Both the position numbers and the translations under genes were made by a program. 64,000 nucleotides of DNA from Bacilli bacterium (GTDB taxonomy: Bacteria > Bacillota_I > Bacilli_A > ML615J-28 > CAG-313): assembly GCA_017463365.1 (NCBI GenBank), contig JAFTPH010000052.1, positions 3,276 to 67,275 on the forward strand. The letters run 5' to 3'. The stretch's first letter is position 1. Each line of letters begins with the position of its first letter. The notes beneath the pieces were generated by a model. That model was not told the origin of the DNA. It saw nothing but the letters and a program-made list of their open reading frames with translations, and did no database searches. Of the stretch, positions 1 to 9,000 are shown in pieces.

Positions 1-184
1 GAAAACATAAACAAATTAACATTTTCTTAATATTCATAATTTTCACCTAGTATATTATATCATAGTTTTCATTATTTTTGGTGTTTTATGCATAAATAAA
101 AGTAAAATATCTTTTTCTTTACAGTATGATATTGATTAATGATAAAGAATAAAAAGGTTGAAAATTATTTTCAACCTATAATTA

Positions 185-1180
185 TTATTTTTCACTTCCT
201 ACAAGTAAAGAATCACCCATTTTAATCATTTCTAGTTTATCTAGTGAACTAGAAGCAATTGTATATTCCACGCCTTGTTCACCAAAAATAATAGTATGAC
301 TATTTATAACTGCGATTGTTCCACCCATAATATAGATATCTCCATCAACATAACTTGTGGTAACCGTACTTTGAGGCATCAAATATTGCTCAATAATGGT
401 AAAACTATTTTCTCCACTATAAGTCATAATTGCGGTCTTAATTAGTGAACCTTTAATTGATTCTTCTTTTAGGCTTGCTCCAACAGGATAATATGTCGGA
501 TAAGTTATAGCTCTGACATAGGTTTCAACGATATCCTGATAATACTCATTCATTGAAGTTAATACTTTTTCCGCATTAAACATTTCATCATCTAAGTCAA
601 CATCTACTTCAATTTTCTCATATACAAATCTTGTCACTAAATTATGATTTTCATCATAAACAAATACTTCTTTAGGATATCCTGTTTTATTATCAAAAAC
701 TATTTTTTGCGTGCTAGGAGCTGCATCTTCAAAAACTTTAGCTTTGATTTCTACACTTGAAGTCTCTTCTTCATGAACAGTTATCGGATTCTCATCACTT
801 AATAAATCTTTACTTAGAGATTGTAATAAATAAGGATATGATGAATTAAGTGGCCAACTACTCTTAACTTTAAAAGTTTTATTAACACTAGGAATTAATA
901 TTTGAACTCCATCACTATTTTTTAAAACAATTTGTTTATCACTTAACACTGAATTATCTACTTCGACACGGTAGTAATCCGGATTTTTATAATAAACCGT
1001 GATTAAACATTCTTTGGTTCCACTTGGAAACATTGAATAAAGTTTACCAGTAACTTTATATGATTCTAAACTACTAACTGCCGTTGGAAAATCTTTAACA
1101 ACTCTTTCACCTCTTTTACAAGAAGCAAGACTAAATAACATAATAAATGTCATACATATAATTAATATTTTTTTCTTCAT
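185..1180 (-). CDS. putative lipoprotein, function unknown
   Basis: 331-aa ORF. N-terminus MKKKILIICMTFIMLFSLASC is a signal peptide plus lipobox Cys. ATG start preceded by a GAAGGTGG RBS. Confidence 0.55.
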   Translation of the reverse strand: MKKKILIICMTFIMLFSLASCKRGERVVKDFPTAVSSLESYKVTGKLYSMFPSGTKECLITVYYKNPDYYRVEVDNSVLSDKQIVLKNSDGVQILIPSVNKTFKVKSSWPLNSSYPYLLQSLSKDLLSDENPITVHEEETSSVEIKAKVFEDAAPSTQKIVFDNKTGYPKEVFVYDENHNLVTRFVYEKIEVDVDLDDEMFNAEKVLTSMNEYYQDIVETYVRAITYPTYYPVGASLKEESIKGSLIKTAIMTYSGENSFTIIEQYLMPQSTVTTSYVDGDIYIMGGTIAVINSHTIIFGEQGVEYTIASSSLDKLEMIKMGDSLLVGSEK

Positions 1181-1292
1181 TAAAATACCACCTTCACAGT
1201 TAATAATATGTTTAACATATAAATCTTATGAATAGAAATATCATAATTGGTTAAAAATACTATTGTACTATATAACTTAGGAGGTTTTAAAA

Positions 1293-1496
1293 ATGGCTAT
1301 TGTAAAAAGAGTTGCCTATATATTAATGATAATTGGAGCTTTAGTTTGGGGAATGATTGGTTTATTCAACTTCAATCTTGTAGCTTTTATCTTTGATAAT
1401 ATTAGTGTTGTCATTTCTCGTATCATTTATACTTTAGTAGGTGTTGCGGGAATTGTTGGTATTATAGGTTTATTTATGCCCGATGATGAATATTAA
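1293..1496 (+). CDS. DUF378-family small membrane protein
   Basis: 67 aa with two TM helices (…ILMIIGALVWGMIGLFNFNLVAFIF…), typical of DUF378. AGGAGG RBS 8 nt upstream of the ATG. Confidence 0.65.
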   Translation: MAIVKRVAYILMIIGALVWGMIGLFNFNLVAFIFDNISVVISRIIYTLVGVAGIVGIIGLFMPDDEY

Positions 1497-1524
1497 AATG
1501 TGGTCTATAAAAAGACCACATTTT
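1495..1524. terminator. palindromic hairpin AAAATGTGGTCT-ATAAAA-AGACCACATTTT; bidirectional terminator-like, REP-like element copy 1
   Basis: 12-bp perfect stem with A/T-rich flanks, directly after the DUF378 stop codon. Confidence 0.6.
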
Positions 1525-1896
1525 AAATATATAATTACAATATACATTTATAAAAAATTACTATTTTTAATAAACATTATCATATATAATGGTAAAAATT
1601 TAATTTTTGGATTACAACAATTTACATTATTTAAAGAAAGAATAATACAATAATCAAGTTTTTCCTTCGACAATTGGAATATATGATGACAATTGAAATA
1701 ACAAACTTCTAATATCCAAATTGTTATCAAATAATTTTTTTGCATTAACATCAAATTCAAAATTAATATAATATAATATATAAAATCATAATTATTTTTT
1801 CCAAATTCTTCTATTAAATATGTTTTACCAACTTGTCTTGCACCATAAACTATTAAAAATATGCAATTTTTATTAAAATACTATAAATTTAATAAT

Positions 1897-1926
1897 AAAA
1901 TGTGGTCTTTAAAAAGACCACATTTT
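1897..1926. terminator. near-identical second copy of the same palindrome (one loop difference); terminator-like, downstream of the DUF1016 gene
   Basis: AAAATGTGGTCTTTAAAAAGACCACATTTT. The same 12-bp arms as at 1495-1524, 400 bp away. Confidence 0.6.
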
Positions 1927-1946
1927 CATTTCACCATTAACATCAG

Positions 1947-2972
1947 TTATTTATTATAAATTTTATATTCCTCAATTAATCTTTTTTCTTCAGTAATAAC
2001 TCTTTTAAGTTCTTCTTCAGTTGGCATATAGGTCATATATTTTGATACAAAAATATTTTGATCTTTATATATACTTGAATACTTTGCTACTAATGTATCT
2101 TGTTCAGTGACTAATAATAACCCAATAGTTGGATTGTCATCAGGCATTTTAACTTCTTGATCATAAAAATTTCTATACAAATCAATTTGACCTAATGCTT
2201 CATGAGATAATTTATCGGTTTTCAAATCGATTACAACATAACACTTTAAAATAGCATTATAAAATACTAAATCGATAAAATAATGTTCATTATCGAATGT
2301 GATTCTCTTTTGTCTTGCAACAAAACAAAAACCCCTGCCAAGCTCTAATAAAAACTTTTGTAAATGATTAATTAAAGCATCTTCTAATTCTTTTTCTAAA
2401 TAATTCACATTATTATCAAGACCTAAGAACTCAAGCATATACGGATCTTTAATAACTGTATTAGGTTCATATTTTACTAATGCTGTTGTTTCATCAACAT
2501 TATCAATCTTTTCTATTTCGCTATTATTAGCAATAACTCTACTATATGCACATGTAGAAATTTGTCTTTCCAGTTGTCTTACACTCCAGTTACCTTTAAT
2601 TGCTTCTTGCATATAAAAGTCTCTTATATGTTGTTCTTCTACTCTCATTAACGTTCTATAATGAGTCCAAGTCAATTCGGGCCTCACTGAGTCCCAAATT
2701 GGATATGTTAAATAAAATTGTCGAATTTTTCTTAAATTTCTTTCATCAAATCCTTTTCCAAAATCGAAAGTCATTTGTTTTGATAATTCAGCAATTAGTT
2801 TATCTCCATATTTAGCTTTAGAACTGCCACCTTGTTCTTCAACTATCATTTTTCCAATATTCCAATAGGTAAATAACATTGTTGTATTCACATAAGTTAC
2901 AACATGTTTTCTCGATTCATCAATTAATTTCTTAATATTTTCATAAAATTCCATACTAATCACTTCAAACAT
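1947..2972 (-). CDS. YhcG/DUF1016-family protein (predicted PDDEXK nuclease)
   Basis: 341 aa. The N-terminal region (MFEVISMEFYENIKKLIDESRKHV…YWNIGKMIVEEQ…KAKYGDKLI) is typical of the DUF1016 N-domain and the C-terminal part looks PD-(D/E)xK-like. ATG with an AAAGGGGG RBS. Confidence 0.6.
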   Translation of the reverse strand: MFEVISMEFYENIKKLIDESRKHVVTYVNTTMLFTYWNIGKMIVEEQGGSSKAKYGDKLIAELSKQMTFDFGKGFDERNLRKIRQFYLTYPIWDSVRPELTWTHYRTLMRVEEQHIRDFYMQEAIKGNWSVRQLERQISTCAYSRVIANNSEIEKIDNVDETTALVKYEPNTVIKDPYMLEFLGLDNNVNYLEKELEDALINHLQKFLLELGRGFCFVARQKRITFDNEHYFIDLVFYNAILKCYVVIDLKTDKLSHEALGQIDLYRNFYDQEVKMPDDNPTIGLLLVTEQDTLVAKYSSIYKDQNIFVSKYMTYMPTEEELKRVITEEKRLIEEYKIYNK

Positions 2973-3237
2973 TATTATACCCCCTTTTAATAACTTTATT
3001 ATAACATATATAAAAATAAAACTCTATTAAAATTATTATTTTATATATAATTTCTTTAATTAATTTGAAAGTGTTGCAAATTGGGTTTTTTAGTGGCAAG
3101 ATAATGAACCATTTTCAACTTCTTGTGACAAAAAAAGAGGTTCGACTTTAACTATTTTCCACTAAATATAAGAAAAGATGAAACTGCATTTCTACAATTT
3201 CATCCTTTATGTTAAATACTTTTAAAAGCTTATTATC

Positions 3238-3771
3238 TTAATAGTTTTCTTTTCTTACTTCAAAGAAACTTTGAGGGTGTGCACAAACTGGGCAAACACC
3301 TGGAGCTTTTTTACCCATAACTAAATGACCACAGTTACGGCATTCCCACATAGTTTGTTCACCTTTTTCAAATACTTGTTGCATTTGAACGTTATTTAAT
3401 AATGCACGATATCTTTCTTCATGAGCTTTTTCAATAGCTGCAACAGCTCTGAATTGATAAGCTAATGTTGTAAATCCTTCTTCTTCTGCAACTTTTGCGA
3501 AATTATAATACATATCAGTCCATTCATAGTTTTCACCTTCTGCAGCTGCAAGTAAATTTTGAGCTGTATCTCCAAGTTCACCTAATGCTTTGAACCACAT
3601 TTTAGCATGTTCTTTTTCGTTGTTTGCAGTTTGTTCAAAAATAGCAGCGATTTGTTCATATCCTTCTTTTCTTGCTACACTTGCGAAATAAGTGTATTTG
3701 TTTCTCGCTTGACTTTCTCCAGCAAATGCCGTCATTAAATTTTGTTCTGTTTTAGATCCTTTTAATTCCAT
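3238..3771 (-). CDS. rbr: rubrerythrin (ferritin-like diiron domain plus C-terminal rubredoxin-like CxxC…CxxC)
   Basis: 177 aa with ExxH diiron motifs and a C-terminal CRNCGH…CPVC. GAGGT RBS. Immediately downstream of the Fur-family regulator. Confidence 0.85.
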   Translation of the reverse strand: MELKGSKTEQNLMTAFAGESQARNKYTYFASVARKEGYEQIAAIFEQTANNEKEHAKMWFKALGELGDTAQNLLAAAEGENYEWTDMYYNFAKVAEEEGFTTLAYQFRAVAAIEKAHEERYRALLNNVQMQQVFEKGEQTMWECRNCGHLVMGKKAPGVCPVCAHPQSFFEVRKENY

Positions 3772-3792
3772 TATATTATACCTCTTTCTTAT

Positions 3793-4164
3793 TTATTGAC
3801 AATGAGAACATGTTCCAAATAATGAGACTTCGTATCTTTCAATATTAGCGTTTGTTTTATTAGACAATTCTTTGATAAAGTCACTTAAGCTATCTTCCAT
3901 AATGTCAATAACTTTACCACATTCTTTACATACAAAATGAGAATGTGTGATAACTGTTTTATCAAATCGTTCAATATCTCCAACAATTTTAAATTTCTTA
4001 ATGATTCCTTGTTCACTAAGTAAATTAAGATTTCGATAAACCGTACCCAAACTAATATTGTCTATTTCTTTTCTCGCTCGATTATAGACCATATCAGCAG
4101 TAGGGTGATCTGAACTATCTAATACAATTTTTAAAATAACGTCTCGCTGTTTACTGTTTCTCAT
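3793..4164 (-). CDS. perR: Fur-family peroxide-responsive repressor (PerR-like)
   Basis: 123 aa with an N-terminal wHTH and C-terminal HFVCKECGK…CSHC metal sites. Forms an operon with the rubrerythrin gene. Confidence 0.75.
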   Translation of the reverse strand: MRNSKQRDVILKIVLDSSDHPTADMVYNRARKEIDNISLGTVYRNLNLLSEQGIIKKFKIVGDIERFDKTVITHSHFVCKECGKVIDIMEDSLSDFIKELSNKTNANIERYEVSLFGTCSHCQ

Positions 4165-4175
4165 AAATCACCTTA

Positions 4176-4194
4176 AATAGTAATGATTACTATT
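4176..4194. promoter_or_regulatory. 19-bp perfect palindrome AATAGTAATGATTACTATT (7-1-7 Fur/PerR-box-like) between the promoter and RBS of perR
   Basis: Read directly from the sequence. Matches the TnnTAATnATTAnnA architecture of PerR/Fur boxes. Confidence 0.5.
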
Positions 4195-4238
4195 ACCGTT
4201 AATATTATATATTATTTAGAGTCTCTTGTCAACTATTT

Positions 4239-4253
4239 ATATAATTATTATAC
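4239..4253. promoter_or_regulatory. PerR-box-like site ATATAATTATTATAC (13/15 match to TTATAATnATTATAA) in the perR promoter region
   Basis: Palindrome TATAAT-T-ATTATA about 75-90 nt upstream of the perR ATG. Confidence 0.5.
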
Positions 4254-4335
4254 CAATATTTGTATATTTTATTCACTATCTAATATAGGTGATCCTAAAC
4301 CATATAATCACCTTGTAATTTCTAGACAAACTACA

Positions 4336-5775
4336 TTATTCAACAGTATAGATTTTTTGATTTTTACTTTTTGGTTTATTTGGAATAGTATAAGCAAGTA
4401 TTCCTTGTTCAATTAATGGCATCACGTGTGAATTTATAAAATAACTAGGATGTTTTTCGTTATATCCGAAGAATTTAGATAACGATTCTTTAGTTCTAGG
4501 CGTTTTACAGTATATTTTTATTTTCGAAATAAAATCATCATTAATAATATCTTCTTTTTTTGAATTATATAAAGTAACTTTAAATGTACCTCTTGAACTC
4601 TCGAATTTTGGCTCTAATAACCCTGCTTTTTTCATCTCTGCGTAAATTGTAGGTATTCCTGAATATCTATTTTCTGTAATTTCTAATATTTCTAAGACAG
4701 AAGCAATAAATGGATTTCTAATATCAGAATGCACTTTTCCCAAATCATCAAGAGAAAGTCTTCCATATAACCCACCGGGATTAGATATTTCAATTCTATC
4801 ATCAAAAATAGTTAATCTAATAGGTTCATTTTCAGTATGAATACTATAATCTCTATGAATTAATGCATTTAATATTATTTCTCTTATTGCTTTAATAGGA
4901 TATTCCAATATATCTTCTCTAATACCACTTTCATTAATTCTTGTAGCCTTTTTTATATTATTAACAACAAAAGAAATAGCCAATTTTAACATTTCGCTTA
5001 TTGTACCATCTAATCGTTTATTATCTAAGAATCTAATACCATTTTGATCTTCAATACCATAATCATCAGTTGAACATCTTACAGCAACAATATCTAAATT
5101 AGGAGAAAATATTTGGGGGTACTTGCCGAAATTCATAATACCACAAACTGTAGGATGATTATTTTTATCAATTATTCCATTTATTTTTAATATTGCATCC
5201 TTATCTAAATTAATTAAATTAGGTTTTAAAGATATAATCTTATTCAAATAATTATTTATTAATATATCATTAAGAATATCTGCTTCTATTCTTTCTTTAC
5301 TTCGAAGTTCATCTTCTGTCTTATATTTAAAAGCATCAAAACTATATATTTCATAATCTGTCATCGTATAATCAGCATCACCAACTCTTATATATGAACC
5401 TTTCATTTTACCTTTTCCAGAATAATAGCATGGTTTACTAAACACATCTAATTCAGGAATTTCAGCTGAAGCGATTATTTTCCCTTGATACTCACATATA
5501 GTAATTATTGGTCTAATTTTAGGTTCCATCATAAGTGATTGTTCTGCTATTTTCTTTTGTAAAATATCAGGATTACTTATACCACAAATTTCATAATTAT
5601 TTTTTTCATCAACACCAAATATTATTATACCTCCTGACGTATTAGAAAAACTAGAAAAAGTATCGTATAAATTTTCAGGTATCCCATCTTTAGATTTTTT
5701 AAATTCAATATTATTAGTTTCAGTTTTTAAAGATATTATATCTTCTATTAAATTAATCAATTCATTTTTTTGCAT
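4336..5775 (-). CDS. COG2865-type putative transcriptional regulator (N-terminal Schlafen/AlbA_2 domain, HATPase_c-like domain, C-terminal HTH)
   Basis: The ORF is 497 aa from the first in-frame Met. The likely start is Met19 (MQKNELINL…) at 5775 because of AAGGA RBS spacing. Domain order resembles the 'RecG C-terminal domain-like' regulators. Confidence 0.6.
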   Translation of the reverse strand: MQKNELINLIEDIISLKTETNNIEFKKSKDGIPENLYDTFSSFSNTSGGIIIFGVDEKNNYEICGISNPDILQKKIAEQSLMMEPKIRPIITICEYQGKIIASAEIPELDVFSKPCYYSGKGKMKGSYIRVGDADYTMTDYEIYSFDAFKYKTEDELRSKERIEADILNDILINNYLNKIISLKPNLINLDKDAILKINGIIDKNNHPTVCGIMNFGKYPQIFSPNLDIVAVRCSTDDYGIEDQNGIRFLDNKRLDGTISEMLKLAISFVVNNIKKATRINESGIREDILEYPIKAIREIILNALIHRDYSIHTENEPIRLTIFDDRIEISNPGGLYGRLSLDDLGKVHSDIRNPFIASVLEILEITENRYSGIPTIYAEMKKAGLLEPKFESSRGTFKVTLYNSKKEDIINDDFISKIKIYCKTPRTKESLSKFFGYNEKHPSYFINSHVMPLIEQGILAYTIPNKPKSKNQKIYTVE

Positions 5776-5964
5776 ATTCATCATATCCTTTTCTACTATT
5801 AGTATACTACAAAATTTATAAAATATCAATAAATTAGGAAAATAATTATTGATTTAGGAAAATTTTGCATAATTTTACGAAAATATTTTTCAAAAAACAA
5901 TTCATTTTTAATAATATTATTTTACTTATTCTTTAATTCGTATAAACACATTTTTTAATGGTAA

Positions 5965-5993
5965 AAGCAGCTCACTTTAAAAGTGAGCTGCTT
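5965..5993. terminator. 13-bp perfect hairpin AAGCAGCTCACTT-taa-AAGTGAGCTGCTT immediately 3' of the giant gene
   Basis: Inverted repeat read from the sequence. It sits between the giant gene stop (6009) and the next gene. Confidence 0.55.
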
Positions 5994-6008
5994 AAAAGCT
6001 TTTAAATG

Positions 6009-9000
6009 TTATTCTTTAGACTCTTCTTCTTCTCCAAAGTATAAATCATATAAATCATCTGTTGCTTGTTCTTTTGTTTCTTCATCATCAGGGTTTCCTG
6101 CAAGAGCATTAATAATATTATTTAATTTATTAAAGAATGAATTGAAGAAGTCGAATAATTTATCGAAGAAGTCTTCGAATACTTCAAAGATTGTCTTAGT
6201 AGGAGTTCTCTTAACACCAACGTGTCCACATACATCACAGTGACTTTCAGCTTTACCTGGTTCATCAGTTGTTGCTTCTACTGTGTCTTCCCAATGTGTA
6301 TATGTATGAGGGATAGTAGCGATATCACGTTGTCCAGCTTCTCCACAACGTTCACATGTACTTACTTCAATACCAACTTCATAACATTTTGGATTTTTTA
6401 CCTTATTCCATTCTACGAATAAGTGACCAGTTGCTTCAGTTGTACGAGTTTCGAAGTGATCACATCCTGAACAATATCTTGTTTCGATACCATCAGTTAT
6501 ACAAGTGTGAGCTTGTTCAACTTGCCAATCACCATAAGTATGTCCTGAGAAATCAGTGTAGTAATCACAAATTGTACATTCTTGCCAGTGGTAATTATCA
6601 GTTTGTTTTGCAACTAAATTGTGTTTTAAGTTAAGAACTGCTTCACCTGTGAATAAATCATAATTTTGTTTATAACCAATTACAATATATTCATATCTAC
6701 CAGCTTCTACTGGAGAATCACCATTAACAGCAATTGAGTTAAGTGGTAAGTCAGATAAGATTTCTTCTACTTTGTCAATTAATTCGTTATCCGCAAATAA
6801 TTGTAAAATATGAATTAATTTAACTAGTGGTGATAATTGACCTTGAATATCGAAGAATTCATCTTTAACTCCCCAACTTTCAGGTAAGATAACATTTACA
6901 GTATGAGTGTCATTACCTAATACTAAAATGATTTCTTCTAATCCGTATGGGTTGTTAATTACAACATTATGAGGTTCTCCATCATGGAATAATTCTACAT
7001 CTTCTAAAGACATACCATGTTCTTCAGCATAAATAGTCATTGTTCCAACTGCTAAACCATATTGTAATAATTCAGGGTTATTGTAGATTGCAGTAACAGT
7101 ATAGAATCCAACATTTGTAGGAAGTTCTGTACTACTATATACTTCACCATTACTCATTACACCATTGTAATAGCATGTTAAATATTCATTTGGTAAAATA
7201 TCTCCATTATCAGCATACGCTTCAGGAATTAAGCCTTGTGGCATACCATTATATTTAAATTCTGCATCATCATTTACAAATTCAACAGAAATTGTATCAA
7301 TAACAACTGTGTATACACGAACAATTGGAATTGCATATAACATTTCATTACCTAAATCACGAGTATAAGCAATTTGTGTATAAGCACCAAGTTCGCTAAT
7401 TGGTTGATCAGTTACATATTGTTCACCATTGATATCAATACCAATATATAATGTAGCAAGTTTAGAAGTTGCCGCTTCATATAATTCTTGAGATAATCCA
7501 TCTTTCTTAACGTGAGCACCTAAGATAGTTGGATCTTGCATGATTGATGCTTTTGTTACCATAAAGTTTTCAACTTCAACGTTGAATCCAAGTTCAACTT
7601 TTGTAGCATCAGGTATAATAGTGATATATCCTAAACCGAAGGCTGTTTCATAGTTTTGTGATGTTGTTACAGCACCAATTAAGTATAATCCAGCTTCTTC
7701 TAGATAAATATCTTTACCCATTGTTAACATAATTTCAATACCAGTTGTACTTGAAATTTTTTCTAATTGTTCAAGCAGTTTGATTGTACTATCTAATGCA
7801 TCACTACTTAAGCTAACACCAACTAAGTTTTCAAGCATTTCTAATGCATCTTTAATACCTTCGATAGCCGCTTTTAATTCAGAAATACTCATTTGTTCAT
7901 TGAATCCAAGGTTATCTAAGATTGTTTGAACATATGGACGAACTGATTCTGGAACAGAATCTAAATCGATTAAATTAGGAATATTTAAGTAACTCATCAT
8001 ACCGGCACTTGCGTTTAATCCAATAGCAAGTTCAATTACTTCTAATTCAGGTTCAGTTGTAATACGTTCAGAAATGTTAACACCAGTACCTTTAATATCT
8101 TTATAATTGAATGATCCAGATACAACATTTACTTTAGCAGGAGCTTTTTCAACTGTAATTGTACAAGTTAATGTAGCAGGTTGATAATCATATTCAGAAC
8201 CAGCATAAGATAATGTAATTGTATGATCTCCAGCATTTAAAGTTTCAATTTGAGCATCGCTTAATGAGAAGCGAATTTCAGCTTTATCGATAGCCACCTT
8301 AATACCATTTTCATTAATAATATAAGCACCTAAGTAACCATCTAATAATAAGTTATATACATCTTCAGCTGTATAGTTGTTATATACTACTGAGATAGAT
8401 GTTGCAGCATCGATATATGTCTTAGTACGACCATCGACAACTGTAAATTCTACACGTTTACTACATGGAGCATATTCATCATCTCCAGCATAGTTAACTA
8501 AAATTGTATAAGTTTGACCGAATGTTGTAATTGATGAAGCTTGGATTTCAGTTGTTCCACGATATAATGCATAAGTAAATTCTTTATTTAATACAACACC
8601 ATTTGTTTCATCATATAATCCAATACCTAAATCTTCAACAATTTGGTCAAGTGATAATACATCACCTTTTACGAATGGAATTTCAAGCACATCATTATTA
8701 GTTACTTTAGTAACATTACGTCCGTCACTAACCATGAATTCTACTGTTGCTTCACTTCCAAGATGTGTACTTGTTGCCGGGAATTTAACAGTAATAGTAT
8801 AAACACCAGCTTCAGTAATTTGTGTAATTTCTGTATTTGTCGCAGAACTTAAGCTATTTAATGTTACATTTGCAGAAACATAACCATAGTCTACGATAGA
8901 TGCAGTGTTACCTTTAATAGATACTGATTCAAACACTAAGTTGAATACTTCTTCTTTAGTAACATAGTCAGTAGGTAATACTTGAGTTACAACATCTGAT

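Noticed and set aside
1548-1760. 70-aa ORF on the minus strand inside the segment bounded by the twin palindromes
   Set aside because: Extremely AT-rich and low-complexity (poly-N/I/L), with no RBS. Most likely non-coding.
2600-2815. 71-aa plus-strand ORF
   Set aside because: Lies entirely antisense within the DUF1016 gene, with no RBS and a low-complexity product. Spurious.
6222-6634. Two plus-strand ORFs (66 and 92 aa)
   Set aside because: Antisense to the 3' end of the giant gene. Cys/Phe-rich only because they mirror the Cys-repeat codons. Spurious. The same reasoning applies to the short ORFs at 5983-6243, 10843-11140, 14924-15106 and 15625-15861.
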